Source: a virus
Length of the DNA: 64,000 bases
Reading direction: 5' to 3' (one strand)
Virus record (IMG/VR): IMGVR_UViG_3300045988_135095
The notes beneath the pieces are model-generated. The model made no database searches. It worked only from the letters and a program-made list of their open reading frames with translations, and had not been told where the DNA came from. The number at the start of each line of letters is the position of its first letter. Positions within the stretch are counted from its first letter, which is position 1. The position numbers were made by a program, and so were the translations under genes. Positions 43,282 through 52,276 of this stretch are shown in pieces.

Positions 43282-43361
43282 ATTTATCTTTTTCCTTCAC
43301 CGCTGCAAAGGTAATATTTTATTTTGGAAAATCCAAATCTTTTCTTGGAATTTTAATTGGT

Positions 43362-44066
43362 TCAAGCCCTCGTTGGTGCATTTAATGTCTTATAAGCATC
43401 AAAAGCTAATGTGCTCACGTGCTCACTGATGGTGGTGGAGATTGTCATAATGTCTCCCATAAGGAGCATCGTCTCGCCCTTTCCGACCTCTGTAATGAGA
43501 TTCAAAAGGCAGTTGATTTCATCCTTAAGCGTCTCGGCTTTCTTCATCAGCGGTGTTGGCGGCTCGACCTTGACCTCTTTCTTCTTCTCGCCAGATTGAG
43601 AAGCAATACACTTCTCAACAGCCTTCGGCACTCTCGGCTTCGGGAGGTTGCAGATGATGTTCTTCTCCTTCAATGCGAGAAGCCAGCGTCTGCCTCGCTC
43701 CGTCCAAAGAGGTCTTCTTGTGTACTTGCCCTTGATGACGTGTGTAGTCACCTCAGTTAGCTGATAGGTGGAGTAGGGACTTGTCAGCATCCACTCATAA
43801 CCCTGGTTGAACGCAAGGCCAACCTCCTTCAGCTCTTCGTACAGCTTCTGTGCGCTGCTCATGCCCAACTCCTTCGCCATCTGCGTAGTGGAATAGACAC
43901 CCTTTGTCATGTCGCACTTCTGCACTCTCTTGAAGCACTCATCGATTCTCTCCTGGAGATCACCGGTGATTTCCTTCTGTCTTGTTAACCACTCCTGGTC
44001 CTTTTTAAATTCGACCAGCATTTCCTTTGCGAACTCTTTCAAGCTCATATCTGCATTTGTTGCCAT
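43362..44066 (-). CDS. KilAC-domain (antirepressor C-terminal-like) protein
   Basis: 234 aa from the ATG at 44066 (the track TTG is at 44084). The segment ..YSTTQMAKELGMSSAQKLYEELKEVGLAFNQGYEWMLTSPY.. resembles the KilA-C/ANT domain. Confidence 0.6.
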   Translation of the reverse strand: MATNADMSLKEFAKEMLVEFKKDQEWLTRQKEITGDLQERIDECFKRVQKCDMTKGVYSTTQMAKELGMSSAQKLYEELKEVGLAFNQGYEWMLTSPYSTYQLTEVTTHVIKGKYTRRPLWTERGRRWLLALKEKNIICNLPKPRVPKAVEKCIASQSGEKKKEVKVEPPTPLMKKAETLKDEINCLLNLITEVGKGETMLLMGDIMTISTTISEHVSTLAFDAYKTLNAPTRA

Positions 44067-44193
44067 AAGAATCTGTTTAAGCAACCATCGAGCTCATTTA
44101 ATAAAGAAGGGCAGCCGCTCATTACGCCCTCAGATTCACCTCTGCTAGCGTCCCAGCTTCGGCAGGTCGTAACAATGCAGTTGCCCTATTTAG

Positions 44194-44250
44194 TAGGCTC
44201 TTAGACAAAATTACTACCTTTATCCTATATGCAAAGGTACGAAAATTTTG
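44194..44250 (-). promoter_or_regulatory. Promoter cassette, partial copy (single -7 box)
   Basis: The minus strand reads TACCTTTGCATATAGGATAAAGGTAGTAATTTTG.., with the -7 box at plus 44232-44239. It lies upstream of the KilAC gene. Confidence 0.55.
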
Positions 44251-44277
44251 TCAGATTACCAAATCTTTTAACCTAAA

Positions 44278-46026
44278 TTACGAATTTAATTTGTTGGAAA
44301 TCAGAGAGTTAGATTTGAGGTAAGCGATAAACTTATCAAGCATTCTTGACGTTCGCTCTCTAATATCCGTTTCTGTAAAATCTGTCAACGTCTGTGACAG
44401 CATTCGTAATTCGTGTATCTTAGTTCCAATCCTCTCGCCTGTGGATTTGAACTCACCATTATAATACTTAATCTTGTCAGCAAATCTGTAATCGGATGCC
44501 CGAATATTAACTCTTCGCTCCAATACCGATTTGTTTCCCAACATTTCAAGAACCTCGTCACTCGACAATCCACCTTCCTTGACTTGTCTGTTCCTTGGGA
44601 AGATGTGCTCAATGTCATATGTTGCGTCAAGAGGAAGCAATTCCTGGCTATCGAAAGAGAATGCCCACCACACAATCATCGACTTCGTAATCGCACGAGT
44701 GTTTGAAAAACTGAAGTTGGTAAATTGCGAACGGAACAATTCCTCTTGGAATAGATAGTTCTCGAAAGCAATCTCTTTGTTCTCTATGATATTCACCATC
44801 TCATTGAATACCGGTGCTCGCAAGGCTGTTATTCCTGGGTTGCTGATAGCATATGCCCAAATAAAGCCTATCAAACGATTCAAGAACAAATAGAACTTCT
44901 CGTTGTCTAGCATATTCTCAGCATTCTTATAGTGCATGAAATATACTGATACGATATATGTCCATAAACTGTTAGGCGCATAATTCAATACAAACAAGCG
45001 CTTTAGTACATCCACGGAAAAACGATCTTCGTTCTGAGAATATACATCTTTCCAGAAGTCCGCAAGCAAGACTAGATTCTCTAAAGTCTGCTCTCGTCGA
45101 AGTAGAACATATCCATCTTTCTCATAGAACTTACGAAGTCCTTCTGTCATAGAACTACGATTAGTCAGCAATGCCCTCTCGTAGTACATATAGCGTGTAA
45201 ACAACTCATCCAAAGGTGTTCCACGATATGGGTGGAATATTTTTGTAACGAGTTCGTCAAGCTCTTTCCATGTAGTGATAAACTCTTCCTTCTTTCCGAT
45301 GGATGAGTAGAACTTATAGAGCTGTGCCTTGAAGATGTCTGAGTCAGACAATGGCTTACCTCTATCATTAAGCGTCGAGAATATCCTAAGAGCAGTATCT
45401 TGCGATTCTGCCTCTATTGGAAGTAGCACACAGTTATTGAGTATGCGAGCTGGATATAATGCAAAGAAAGAAGGATATTCTTCAATGAATTTTCCTATCT
45501 TGTCTTGAAAGTATCTGAAGTTGGCAGCATACCGGCTTTTCCCTTCTGATGTTCCTTTCCGGAGTATATCCATAAACTCTTCCTTGTCGTTATCAGTTGC
45601 AACCTCCGAATTTATCTTCAAGTCGTTTGGATCATACTCTCCGAACTCATTTGCTCTCCAAATGCACTTTTCTATGTCCTCTCGCATCTTGATAGAACGA
45701 TTGTCTTTCATGTGCTCCAGGCGATTGTAGAAAGCTCGCAGTAAGAGAAGCAAGGTCGTAAGACGCTGCTGACCGTCAATGATTTCAAGTTTCCCTTCGT
45801 CATTACGGAATGTTACTATAGGACCGAGAAAGTAACTCTCTGAAGAATCGAAGCTGTCGCAGTTGTTATTCGGGAATGAAAAGGAAAATAAGTCTTCCCA
45901 TAAGACCTTACATTCGTCTTCTCCCCAAGCATACGGACGCTGATAATCAGGAATCAAGAACGTAGCTTTTTTATCTTGAAAAAGATACTTTACGTTCTTT
46001 TGATCTACTATAAGCTTTGATGACAT
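44278..46026 (-). CDS. GmrSD-family type IV (modification-dependent) restriction endonuclease (DUF262 + DUF1524)
   Basis: 582 aa. N-terminal ..IPDYQRPYAW.. and ..IIDGQQRLTTL.. (DUF262). C-terminal His-Me finger ..YDIEHIFPRN..LGNKSVLERRVN.. (DUF1524). Confidence 0.85.
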   Translation of the reverse strand: MSSKLIVDQKNVKYLFQDKKATFLIPDYQRPYAWGEDECKVLWEDLFSFSFPNNNCDSFDSSESYFLGPIVTFRNDEGKLEIIDGQQRLTTLLLLLRAFYNRLEHMKDNRSIKMREDIEKCIWRANEFGEYDPNDLKINSEVATDNDKEEFMDILRKGTSEGKSRYAANFRYFQDKIGKFIEEYPSFFALYPARILNNCVLLPIEAESQDTALRIFSTLNDRGKPLSDSDIFKAQLYKFYSSIGKKEEFITTWKELDELVTKIFHPYRGTPLDELFTRYMYYERALLTNRSSMTEGLRKFYEKDGYVLLRREQTLENLVLLADFWKDVYSQNEDRFSVDVLKRLFVLNYAPNSLWTYIVSVYFMHYKNAENMLDNEKFYLFLNRLIGFIWAYAISNPGITALRAPVFNEMVNIIENKEIAFENYLFQEELFRSQFTNFSFSNTRAITKSMIVWWAFSFDSQELLPLDATYDIEHIFPRNRQVKEGGLSSDEVLEMLGNKSVLERRVNIRASDYRFADKIKYYNGEFKSTGERIGTKIHELRMLSQTLTDFTETDIRERTSRMLDKFIAYLKSNSLISNKLNS

Positions 46027-46038
46027 AGCAATTACATT

Positions 46039-46335
46039 CTACTTTTCATCAAACTCACCTTTCTCATCAAGATAGCGTACAGCTGCTTTCACGATAAACG
46101 AGAATCCTCTGAGTACAAAAGAACCTACCAGGCAAAGCAATGAGTCAATAACGTAGCCAAATGCCTGTACGCCACTAATACTTGAACTTTCATATCCATA
46201 ACCGCCAGAAGTATTCAAGGCGTTTATCCAAGTTATAATTGAAACTATTATGGCTATAAATGAAACAACAGCTAAAATGTTCGAGATAGTTCCAAGATGG
46301 TTTCCTACCTGTGGAACAAATTTTCTATTTCCCAT
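46039..46335 (-). CDS. Small membrane protein upstream of GmrSD
   Basis: 98 aa with two hydrophobic helices, 12 nt from the GmrSD ATG. Confidence 0.55.
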   Translation of the reverse strand: MGNRKFVPQVGNHLGTISNILAVVSFIAIIVSIITWINALNTSGGYGYESSSISGVQAFGYVIDSLLCLVGSFVLRGFSFIVKAAVRYLDEKGEFDEK

Positions 46336-46408
46336 ATGATGCGCCCGTCATGCCGGTAGCTAAGCTTTAGTTAATAATCCGTCTGTCAGATTAATAACGC
46401 ATCATATG
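46333..46408 (-). promoter_or_regulatory. 11-bp inverted repeat sequestering the start codon of the membrane-protein gene
   Basis: CATATGATGCG (46333-46343, which includes the ATG) pairs with CGCATCATATG (46398-46408). A nested imperfect repeat TTAATAATC/GATTAATAA lies inside. Confidence 0.5.
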
Positions 46409-46436
46409 GTACTTTATTGTGTTGAACCAAAAAAAT

Positions 46437-47000
46437 CTAAATTTTTTTGAGTGCCTTTTCTCGCCCTGCATTCAGCTGGCGGTACTCATAGAAGTCTTTG
46501 TAGTGCTCGACCTTACCGTAAAGCTTCGGGTGGTCCATCATATCGTTCAGCATTTCTTTACTAAACTCGGTGAATCCAAAATTATAGCCACTCTCACCAC
46601 CTTGTATAGCACCACTTCCATGTGTTCGAGATGGCACGTATTGATATGTGAGACTTATTCCTCCCTCAGATGTATATTTTGCAAGCTGATAGGATAGAAA
46701 CTTTCCATCCTTTCTTACTATGTAGCCATGTAACTGATTTATAGCAATAACACGATAGCCTAGTTTCTTAATTTCCTCCAGTCTGTTTTTCATAAGCAAA
46801 GAACTCCATTCCGACACATATAAAGGCTTTCTAACGTTCACGTCGTGAAAGTTCTGAATGAACACATCAAGCTTTTCACAATCCCAATCTCTTGGATAAG
46901 TTATGTTGACACATCTTCGCAAGTCTCTTTTGTAATTAATCAGGACGAAAGTTTCTGTCTTAGACTCATACTTTCTTTTTAGCTTAACCTCTAACTCCAT
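46437..47000 (-). CDS. Hypothetical protein
   Basis: 187-aa ORF. No motif recognised. Confidence 0.55.
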   Translation of the reverse strand: MELEVKLKRKYESKTETFVLINYKRDLRRCVNITYPRDWDCEKLDVFIQNFHDVNVRKPLYVSEWSSLLMKNRLEEIKKLGYRVIAINQLHGYIVRKDGKFLSYQLAKYTSEGGISLTYQYVPSRTHGSGAIQGGESGYNFGFTEFSKEMLNDMMDHPKLYGKVEHYKDFYEYRQLNAGREKALKKI

Positions 47001-47002
47001 AG

Positions 47003-47158
47003 TTATTTCTTCTTGAATTTATAGTTTGGGCAGCTTCTCTTGTTTCCCATCACAAGCAGTACCGGGAACAGCAGACCGTGCCTGCAACCATTTCCGTGCT
47101 CGTCAGCAGCCTCGCAAGAGAAGCAGCCGTAATACTCGTTAATATTTAATGCTGCCAT
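47003..47158 (-). CDS. Mini-gene (51 aa), Cys-rich
   Basis: Hand translation MAALNINEYYGCFSCEAADEHGNGCRHGLLFPVLLVMGNKRSCPNYKFKKK. TAATG overlap with the ligase stop. Confidence 0.4.
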   Translation of the reverse strand: MAALNINEYYGCFSCEAADEHGNGCRHGLLFPVLLVMGNKRSCPNYKFKKK

Positions 47159-47952
47159 TATTCGTAATCCCTAATGTTCAACAATACTGGAAATCTCGGT
47201 ACTCCAGCGTCAGAATACCCTTGATGCTGAACAGTCGCCGCCATACCTATCAACTCGTCCTTATCGGCTAAGTATTGAGCTCTGAGTGACCTTGAACCTA
47301 CCGGGCGGGCACAGAACTCGTACTCTCCACACTTCAGTTTGAATATAGCGGTACCTGCATCATTGCCCTCCGCTTCCAAAACATCGACCACCTTGAACTC
47401 TGTCGTGTCGAACGATTTCAGCTTCATAAGGTCATTGCTTCTGCCCTCGGTATATGTTCCATCTGCATTTCTGATAATGGCACCCTCGTAACCGGTAGAA
47501 ACGAATATCTTGTGCCATCGCTTGATGTCCTTCTCTGAATGGGCAACGAAAGTCTGCGTAAGGTACACCGGTCCGTTTGGATCAATGGAAGCAAACTCCT
47601 CCTGCAGAACTTTCCATCTGGCAGAAAAGCTTCCCGGAATCTGTGCATCGTAGATAACCATGCGTAGCTTGTCGGTCATAGAAGAACGGCACTTGACGGC
47701 AGAGCATATCTGTTGGAAGGTCAATTCCTGATGGTTGTATATCTCCCCATCCAGAGGAAGCATACCGCGGTGTTTCTCTCCCCAAGCCTTAATCTGAGGA
47801 ACATCATATTCCTTGCCACCTCTCGATGTGAGGTGAATCTCTCCGTCTTCTCCTTCATGAAGGATGCAACGAACTCCATCGTACTTAGGCTGGACGAAGC
47901 AAGGAAATTTCGTCTGTGACGGATAATATCTTGTTGCAAGCATTGGTTTCAT
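47158..47952 (-). CDS. lig: ATP-dependent DNA ligase (minimal phage type)
   Basis: 264 aa. Motif I KYDGVR, motif III LDGEIY, motif IV EGAIIR, motif V LMKLK. Confidence 0.85.
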   Translation of the reverse strand: MKPMLATRYYPSQTKFPCFVQPKYDGVRCILHEGEDGEIHLTSRGGKEYDVPQIKAWGEKHRGMLPLDGEIYNHQELTFQQICSAVKCRSSMTDKLRMVIYDAQIPGSFSARWKVLQEEFASIDPNGPVYLTQTFVAHSEKDIKRWHKIFVSTGYEGAIIRNADGTYTEGRSNDLMKLKSFDTTEFKVVDVLEAEGNDAGTAIFKLKCGEYEFCARPVGSRSLRAQYLADKDELIGMAATVQHQGYSDAGVPRFPVLLNIRDYE

Positions 47953-47955
47953 ACG

Positions 47956-48096
47956 CTACTTAATATCTGAGGTTATTTTAATTCTCAATGGAGTACCATT
48001 CACTCTGTGCGTGACGAAAGACTCCAGGTCCGTATAGAAGCTACTATAGCACTCTACACTAGAGCTTTCTACTTCAATGGTGATAATCTTTTTCAT
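47956..48096 (-). CDS. Mini-gene (46 aa)
   Basis: Hand translation MKKIITIEVESSSVECYSSFYTDLESFVTHRVNGTPLRIKITSDIK. ATGA overlap upstream and a TAGCGTATG junction downstream. Confidence 0.35.
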   Translation of the reverse strand: MKKIITIEVESSSVECYSSFYTDLESFVTHRVNGTPLRIKITSDIK

Positions 48097-48311
48097 AGCC
48101 ATTTCCCGTATCTTCTATGAATCTCATCGTAAATGTAGGCTCCGCTCGTATGCGAAGCACTGAACATTAAGATGATGTCGTTATCTACCTTAATCTGATT
48201 TGTCCTGACAACCTTATCGTTCTTGACGTGGTCGCAATAGACCGTGTTACAGGAGTGATATAGGCGCATTGTGCGCCCATATCTGTCTGTTCCTATATTC
48301 TCTTTGTACAT
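48093..48311 (-). CDS. Hypothetical protein
   Basis: 72-aa ORF. Confidence 0.5.
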   Translation of the reverse strand: MYKENIGTDRYGRTMRLYHSCNTVYCDHVKNDKVVRTNQIKVDNDIILMFSASHTSGAYIYDEIHRRYGKWL

Positions 48312-48313
48312 GG

Positions 48314-48520
48314 CTAGTCCTCCAAATCTACATCAAAAGCAGCTTCAATAACATCCTTGATGTCCTCTGTGTAACCGCAAATTCCGTTGTACTCCAGCCA
48401 ATGATCCAGCAACTCCGTGTTAGTCATTTCGGCTACTTCACTCTCACTATACTCTGCCTCTTCTACGAGGTACTTCATCAAATCATTCTTATCCATATTA
48501 CTTGATTTTATTGATGTCAC
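48314..48520 (-). CDS. Hypothetical acidic protein
   Basis: 68-aa ORF. Confidence 0.5.
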   Translation of the reverse strand: MTSIKSSNMDKNDLMKYLVEEAEYSESEVAEMTNTELLDHWLEYNGICGYTEDIKDVIEAAFDVDLED

Positions 48521-48770
48521 AAACTAATACATTACCTACTATAACGTCTCTGATACCTGCAATATTCACAAGCATCGTGGCGTTCTCGTTCTGAGGAAGG
48601 TCGTAAACCTTGCCTTCCTCATTAACTACCATTACCTGCGACTTGCTGAGTCGGACCAACTCAATGTGTCCACCAACAAATCCTCTCAACTCCTCCAATG
48701 AGAAATCCGTTCCGTTGGATGGCTCCACATTCTTCTGGGCACCATCCGTGAATATTACTGTTGACAACAT
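48498..48770 (-). CDS. DUF3846-like protein
   Basis: 90 aa. ..LEELRGFVGGHIELVRL....VVNEEGKVYDLPQNENA.. resembles DUF3846; this is from memory. Confidence 0.5.
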   Translation of the reverse strand: MLSTVIFTDGAQKNVEPSNGTDFSLEELRGFVGGHIELVRLSKSQVMVVNEEGKVYDLPQNENATMLVNIAGIRDVIVGNVLVCDINKIK

Positions 48771-48916
48771 AGGCTAATCATTCTCTTTGCGTTGTTAATA
48801 GAATAAGTCGGTGTCTTGCCGTCGATATAGACGTATCTCTGACCGAACATATCCTCAAAAACCTGTATAATGTGCTTCTTGTATTTAAGAAGCTTTGTTT
48901 CAAAAAGACCACTCAT
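48755..48916 (-). CDS. Mini-gene (53 aa)
   Basis: Hand translation MSGLFETKLLKYKKHIIQVFEDMFGQRYVYIDGKTPTYSINNAKRMISLCCQQ. TAGGAGGAACTGTC precedes the ATG. Confidence 0.4.
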   Translation of the reverse strand: MSGLFETKLLKYKKHIIQVFEDMFGQRYVYIDGKTPTYSINNAKRMISLCCQQ

Positions 48917-48934
48917 GACAGTTCCTCCTATATA

Positions 48935-49138
48935 TTAAGCGATTTCAAACTTCTGTGTAGGATTGTTCTTCTGCAAGCGAGCAAGAACATCGTCCTGTGA
49001 CTTCTCGTTTCCGAAAGCCATATACTCTGTAGGTTTTGTATCTCTCTCACCATTTTTCTTGAATGAATAGATGAGAGCAAATTTAGAAATGTAAACTCTT
49101 CCGTTTTTTACATTCTCTTTTTCAAGTAACTGTTTCAT
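48935..49138 (-). CDS. Hypothetical protein
   Basis: 67 aa from the ATG at 49138, which directly follows the short leader GTTGAACCAATTAAAAATAAAGATT. Confidence 0.5.
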   Translation of the reverse strand: MKQLLEKENVKNGRVYISKFALIYSFKKNGERDTKPTEYMAFGNEKSQDDVLARLQKNNPTQKFEIA

Positions 49139-49178
49139 AATCTTTATTTTTAATTGGTTCAACGTCTGTTTTTGCTAT

Positions 49179-49430
49179 TTAAGCGATGGTGGTCTCGTAC
49201 AACTTCTTGGTTGCCTCGAACACCTTTTCTCCCTGGAACATTCCGCAGTCTGCACTCTCGAAGCCCCAGTCCTCTGCGTCTCCGTCAAATATACCATATG
49301 CTGAAACTCGGAACAATGTAGGTGCAACTGAAACTACATTGATTGCCATCTTGCCAGATGCTATTCTCATAAGCTCTGAAACCTCATTAACTGTCATTTC
49401 ATCAAAGCGAGCATAAACTAAATTCTTCAT
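49179..49430 (-). CDS. Hypothetical protein (first gene after cassette copy 3)
   Basis: 83 aa from the ATG at 49430, which directly follows the conserved leader. Confidence 0.5.
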   Translation of the reverse strand: MKNLVYARFDEMTVNEVSELMRIASGKMAINVVSVAPTLFRVSAYGIFDGDAEDWGFESADCGMFQGEKVFEATKKLYETTIA

Positions 49431-49572
49431 AATCTTTATAATTTTAATTGGTTCAACTTGCAAGGTAGCTCCTGTATATCCAAAAGTACTACCTTTTATC
49501 TATATGCAAAGGTACGAAAATTTTCTGATATATGCAAATATACTAACGATTATTTTAGTTAAAAATACTAAA
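49431..49572 (-). promoter_or_regulatory. Promoter/leader cassette, copy 3
   Basis: Near-identical to copy 2. -7 boxes at plus 49535-49542 (TATATTTG) and 49507-49514 (TACCTTTG). Confidence 0.7.
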
Positions 49573-49652
49573 TTATAATGCGCTGGTAATCAAATAGTTA
49601 AGGCGCCTACTCTCACGAGCAAACGCCTAGCTAACATGGTTTTAAAAAGAAA

Positions 49653-51131
49653 TTACAAGAAACCGCCACGTCGGAGCTGTGCATCGGTAGCATTGTTAAG
49701 CCACTCCTCGCACTTCTCTATGATGCCCGTACAAGCGTCCGGCGCATCATCGTGGGCGTTATATCCTTCCTTTCTGTAGGATTTCATATCGTGGGCGAAC
49801 TCCGGCCACAACTGTTCCCAATTAGAAGGGAAGACTAGTTTATTGTTTACCTCGCTGGAGCGAGTGAATATTCTAATCTGTTTGTTCTTCGATTGCGTGA
49901 ACGTTACGAACTGGGTAATTCTGTTTCCGTGTTCCCTTGTTATGCGCTCGACATTGCGGGCGTAAGAGCGTCCACCATTGTTACTTTCAACGAAACACAC
50001 GTCTGTCTGATTGCGCTTAACCATATTGGCTTGCGCTGGTTCCGTGTATTCCATCGGTCGCTTAGTGTATAGAACATCGGTAACATAGTAGCCGTCATCG
50101 TGTGCATCGAAGCATATAGAGCAAAGGAAGTCGAAACCGGTATCTGCCGAGTCTGTGTAGTTGCCAATCATTCTTGCATACCTTCTGTCCGGCAGCTCAT
50201 CGTATGTTCTGAAGGCATGGTACATAAGACCTTCCATAGGGGTAGGGTTCTGCATGTACTGTGTCTCAAATACGAACTCGCTGGCATGCTTGATTTTATA
50301 CAGCTCCTCCAGCGTATGCTTCCACGGCCACAAGGCTCGCTCCTTTCCGTCCTCGTCTGTCTGTATTACCGGGAGGGAAACAACCTTCCACTCATTCGGC
50401 TCAATCTCTTGAAGGTAACCGCACAAGTCGTGCTCGTGCAACCTCTGCATGACGATGATAATTGGCGTATGACGTGAGTTTACACGGTTACGGATGGTTG
50501 TCTCGAAACGTCTGTTGATAGACTCTCTGACGTTATCGGACAAAGCATCGTCCGGTCGTAAAGGGTCATCGATAACTATGGCTCCCGAAAAGTGACCGGG
50601 GTTGAACGTAGCCATGAACTTATCCATGTTCTTTATGTCTTCTTCGGTCCAGTCTGGCTGACCTGCACCAAAACCTGTGATCTGACCCAAGGTAGATGTA
50701 GCATACTCACCACCACCTGCCGTTGTGCTCCATTTTGATCTTGTGTTATCGTTCTTTCTGATTTTGACATTCGGAAATAGTGTTTGAAAATATGTAGAAG
50801 TTATCGTGTCCTTGACTGCCATTGAGTTGTCCTGGACGAGACTTCCGGAATAAGATATATGAAGAAACTTTGAAGCAGGGTTCAGCGCAAGACCATATGC
50901 GATAAACATCTGTGAACACAAGAGTGTCTTTCCATAACGAGGGCTGATGTTGATAATCAGCTTGTTAGTCTTTCCCCTTATCACATCCATGAGCGCATCA
51001 CATATAATCCTGTGATGTTCGCCTATTACATACTCACGTCGAGCAGTATAGGCGAACATCTTAGTAGTGAATTGCAGCAGGGACGATGCCACTAACTGCT
51101 TATGAAGAAAACGTTGTTTCTCAAAGTCCAT
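49653..51131 (-). CDS. terL: Terminase large subunit
   Basis: 492 aa. Walker A ..SPRYGKT.., Walker B ..AIVIDDP.., and a C-terminal nuclease-type region. Confidence 0.9.
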   Translation of the reverse strand: MDFEKQRFLHKQLVASSLLQFTTKMFAYTARREYVIGEHHRIICDALMDVIRGKTNKLIINISPRYGKTLLCSQMFIAYGLALNPASKFLHISYSGSLVQDNSMAVKDTITSTYFQTLFPNVKIRKNDNTRSKWSTTAGGGEYATSTLGQITGFGAGQPDWTEEDIKNMDKFMATFNPGHFSGAIVIDDPLRPDDALSDNVRESINRRFETTIRNRVNSRHTPIIIVMQRLHEHDLCGYLQEIEPNEWKVVSLPVIQTDEDGKERALWPWKHTLEELYKIKHASEFVFETQYMQNPTPMEGLMYHAFRTYDELPDRRYARMIGNYTDSADTGFDFLCSICFDAHDDGYYVTDVLYTKRPMEYTEPAQANMVKRNQTDVCFVESNNGGRSYARNVERITREHGNRITQFVTFTQSKNKQIRIFTRSSEVNNKLVFPSNWEQLWPEFAHDMKSYRKEGYNAHDDAPDACTGIIEKCEEWLNNATDAQLRRGGFL

Positions 51132-51657
51132 TTATCTTCTGTAATTCTTTAATATCATCCAAGGACAGCTTAGGGAACTTGAAGTCCTCGCCATCCTTGC
51201 CGGTTACTTCTTGAATATGCTTATCTGCCAATCCGTTGAGCCTTGCAACAATACTGGAATCAAACTGATGAAGCATGGCGCCATCAATTTGCTGAGCCAT
51301 CACGACATTCTCAATCTGTGTTATCACCTGCTCAAAGCCTGGTCTCTTAAGATTACCTCTCTTGAAATCCGCCCATTTCTGAACGATGCCACAGAAAGCA
51401 CAAAATCCGACAAGGGTATAGGCTCTTCTGAAAACCCTTACCTCTTGTCTCATGGAATTTGTGGATTTGCCGCTGCCGCCTGCAATGGAGTTGCTACCAG
51501 TCTTTTGCTGCCAAGGGTCATTTTCAACATCATCACAGTAAGCTACAAACTTATCCCATAATTCCTGAGAAGACTTAATCTTGTATGGTCTTCCAACAGG
51601 ATTGGGGATTCTATGTACGAAAGACTTTACTTTCGGCTGTGATGATTCATCTGTCAT
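51121..51657 (-). CDS. terS: Terminase small subunit
   Basis: 178 aa overlapping terL. The N-terminal segment ..GRPYKIKSSQELWDKFVAYCD.. is typical of small terminases. Confidence 0.65.
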   Translation of the reverse strand: MTDESSQPKVKSFVHRIPNPVGRPYKIKSSQELWDKFVAYCDDVENDPWQQKTGSNSIAGGSGKSTNSMRQEVRVFRRAYTLVGFCAFCGIVQKWADFKRGNLKRPGFEQVITQIENVVMAQQIDGAMLHQFDSSIVARLNGLADKHIQEVTGKDGEDFKFPKLSLDDIKELQKINGL

Positions 51658-52271
51658 GGTTTCTTAACTTTTACTAGTTTACCGCAAGCGGAACAATTAT
51701 ACTCATAATACTCTGAAGGCTTGACCTGGATATTCTCCTCAACGCCCTTCATTTCCTCCTTGAACTTCTGGTCCTTCTGGGCTTCCGTTACGACCTTCTT
51801 AGCCGTATGGTTAGTCTCAGCCTTGGAAGGTGCGGCCGCAGGTTTCTGTTCCTTTGGCTTAGCGTTGAGTCCAAGCATACCGGCAATGCTCTCATCGAAA
51901 GCAAACTGAATGCTGTTAGGATCACCGAGATAGGAGAGCTCCTTGCGAAGCTTCTTCTCGTTCCAAGTGGCAAACTCGGACGTCTTGTCATCAGCGATTC
52001 TATACTGCTTAATCTGCTCATCAGTCAGATAGTCAACACGGATGCATGGAACCTTATCCATTCCCAATGCCTTAGCAGCCTTATACACACCGTTACCGGT
52101 TACAATCACGTTGTTCTTATCAACGGAAATAGGCTGAGTGATGCCGAAATCCTTGATGGACTGCATGATTGCCTGTACTGCCGTCTCGTCGGTCTTGTGC
52201 GAACCGTCATGAGGCACGATACTGTCAATAGGTAACTCAATTACCTTGTCATTAATCTTAATCTCTTCCAT
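51654..52271 (-). CDS. ParB/Srx-fold protein 4 (degenerate GxxR box) with C-terminal CxxC
   Basis: 205 aa. ..VIVTGNGVYKAAKALG.. occupies the place of the DGxxR box. The C-terminus is ..YNCSACGKLVKV.. The ATGA overlaps terS. Confidence 0.65.
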   Translation of the reverse strand: MEEIKINDKVIELPIDSIVPHDGSHKTDETAVQAIMQSIKDFGITQPISVDKNNVIVTGNGVYKAAKALGMDKVPCIRVDYLTDEQIKQYRIADDKTSEFATWNEKKLRKELSYLGDPNSIQFAFDESIAGMLGLNAKPKEQKPAAAPSKAETNHTAKKVVTEAQKDQKFKEEMKGVEENIQVKPSEYYEYNCSACGKLVKVKKP

Positions 52272-52276
52272 ACCTG

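Noticed and set aside
49601-49628. Terminator after terL
   Set aside because: It has only a 5-bp stem (AGGCG/CGCCT) with an 18-nt loop and no U-tract. That is too weak to call, although cassette copy 3 follows immediately.
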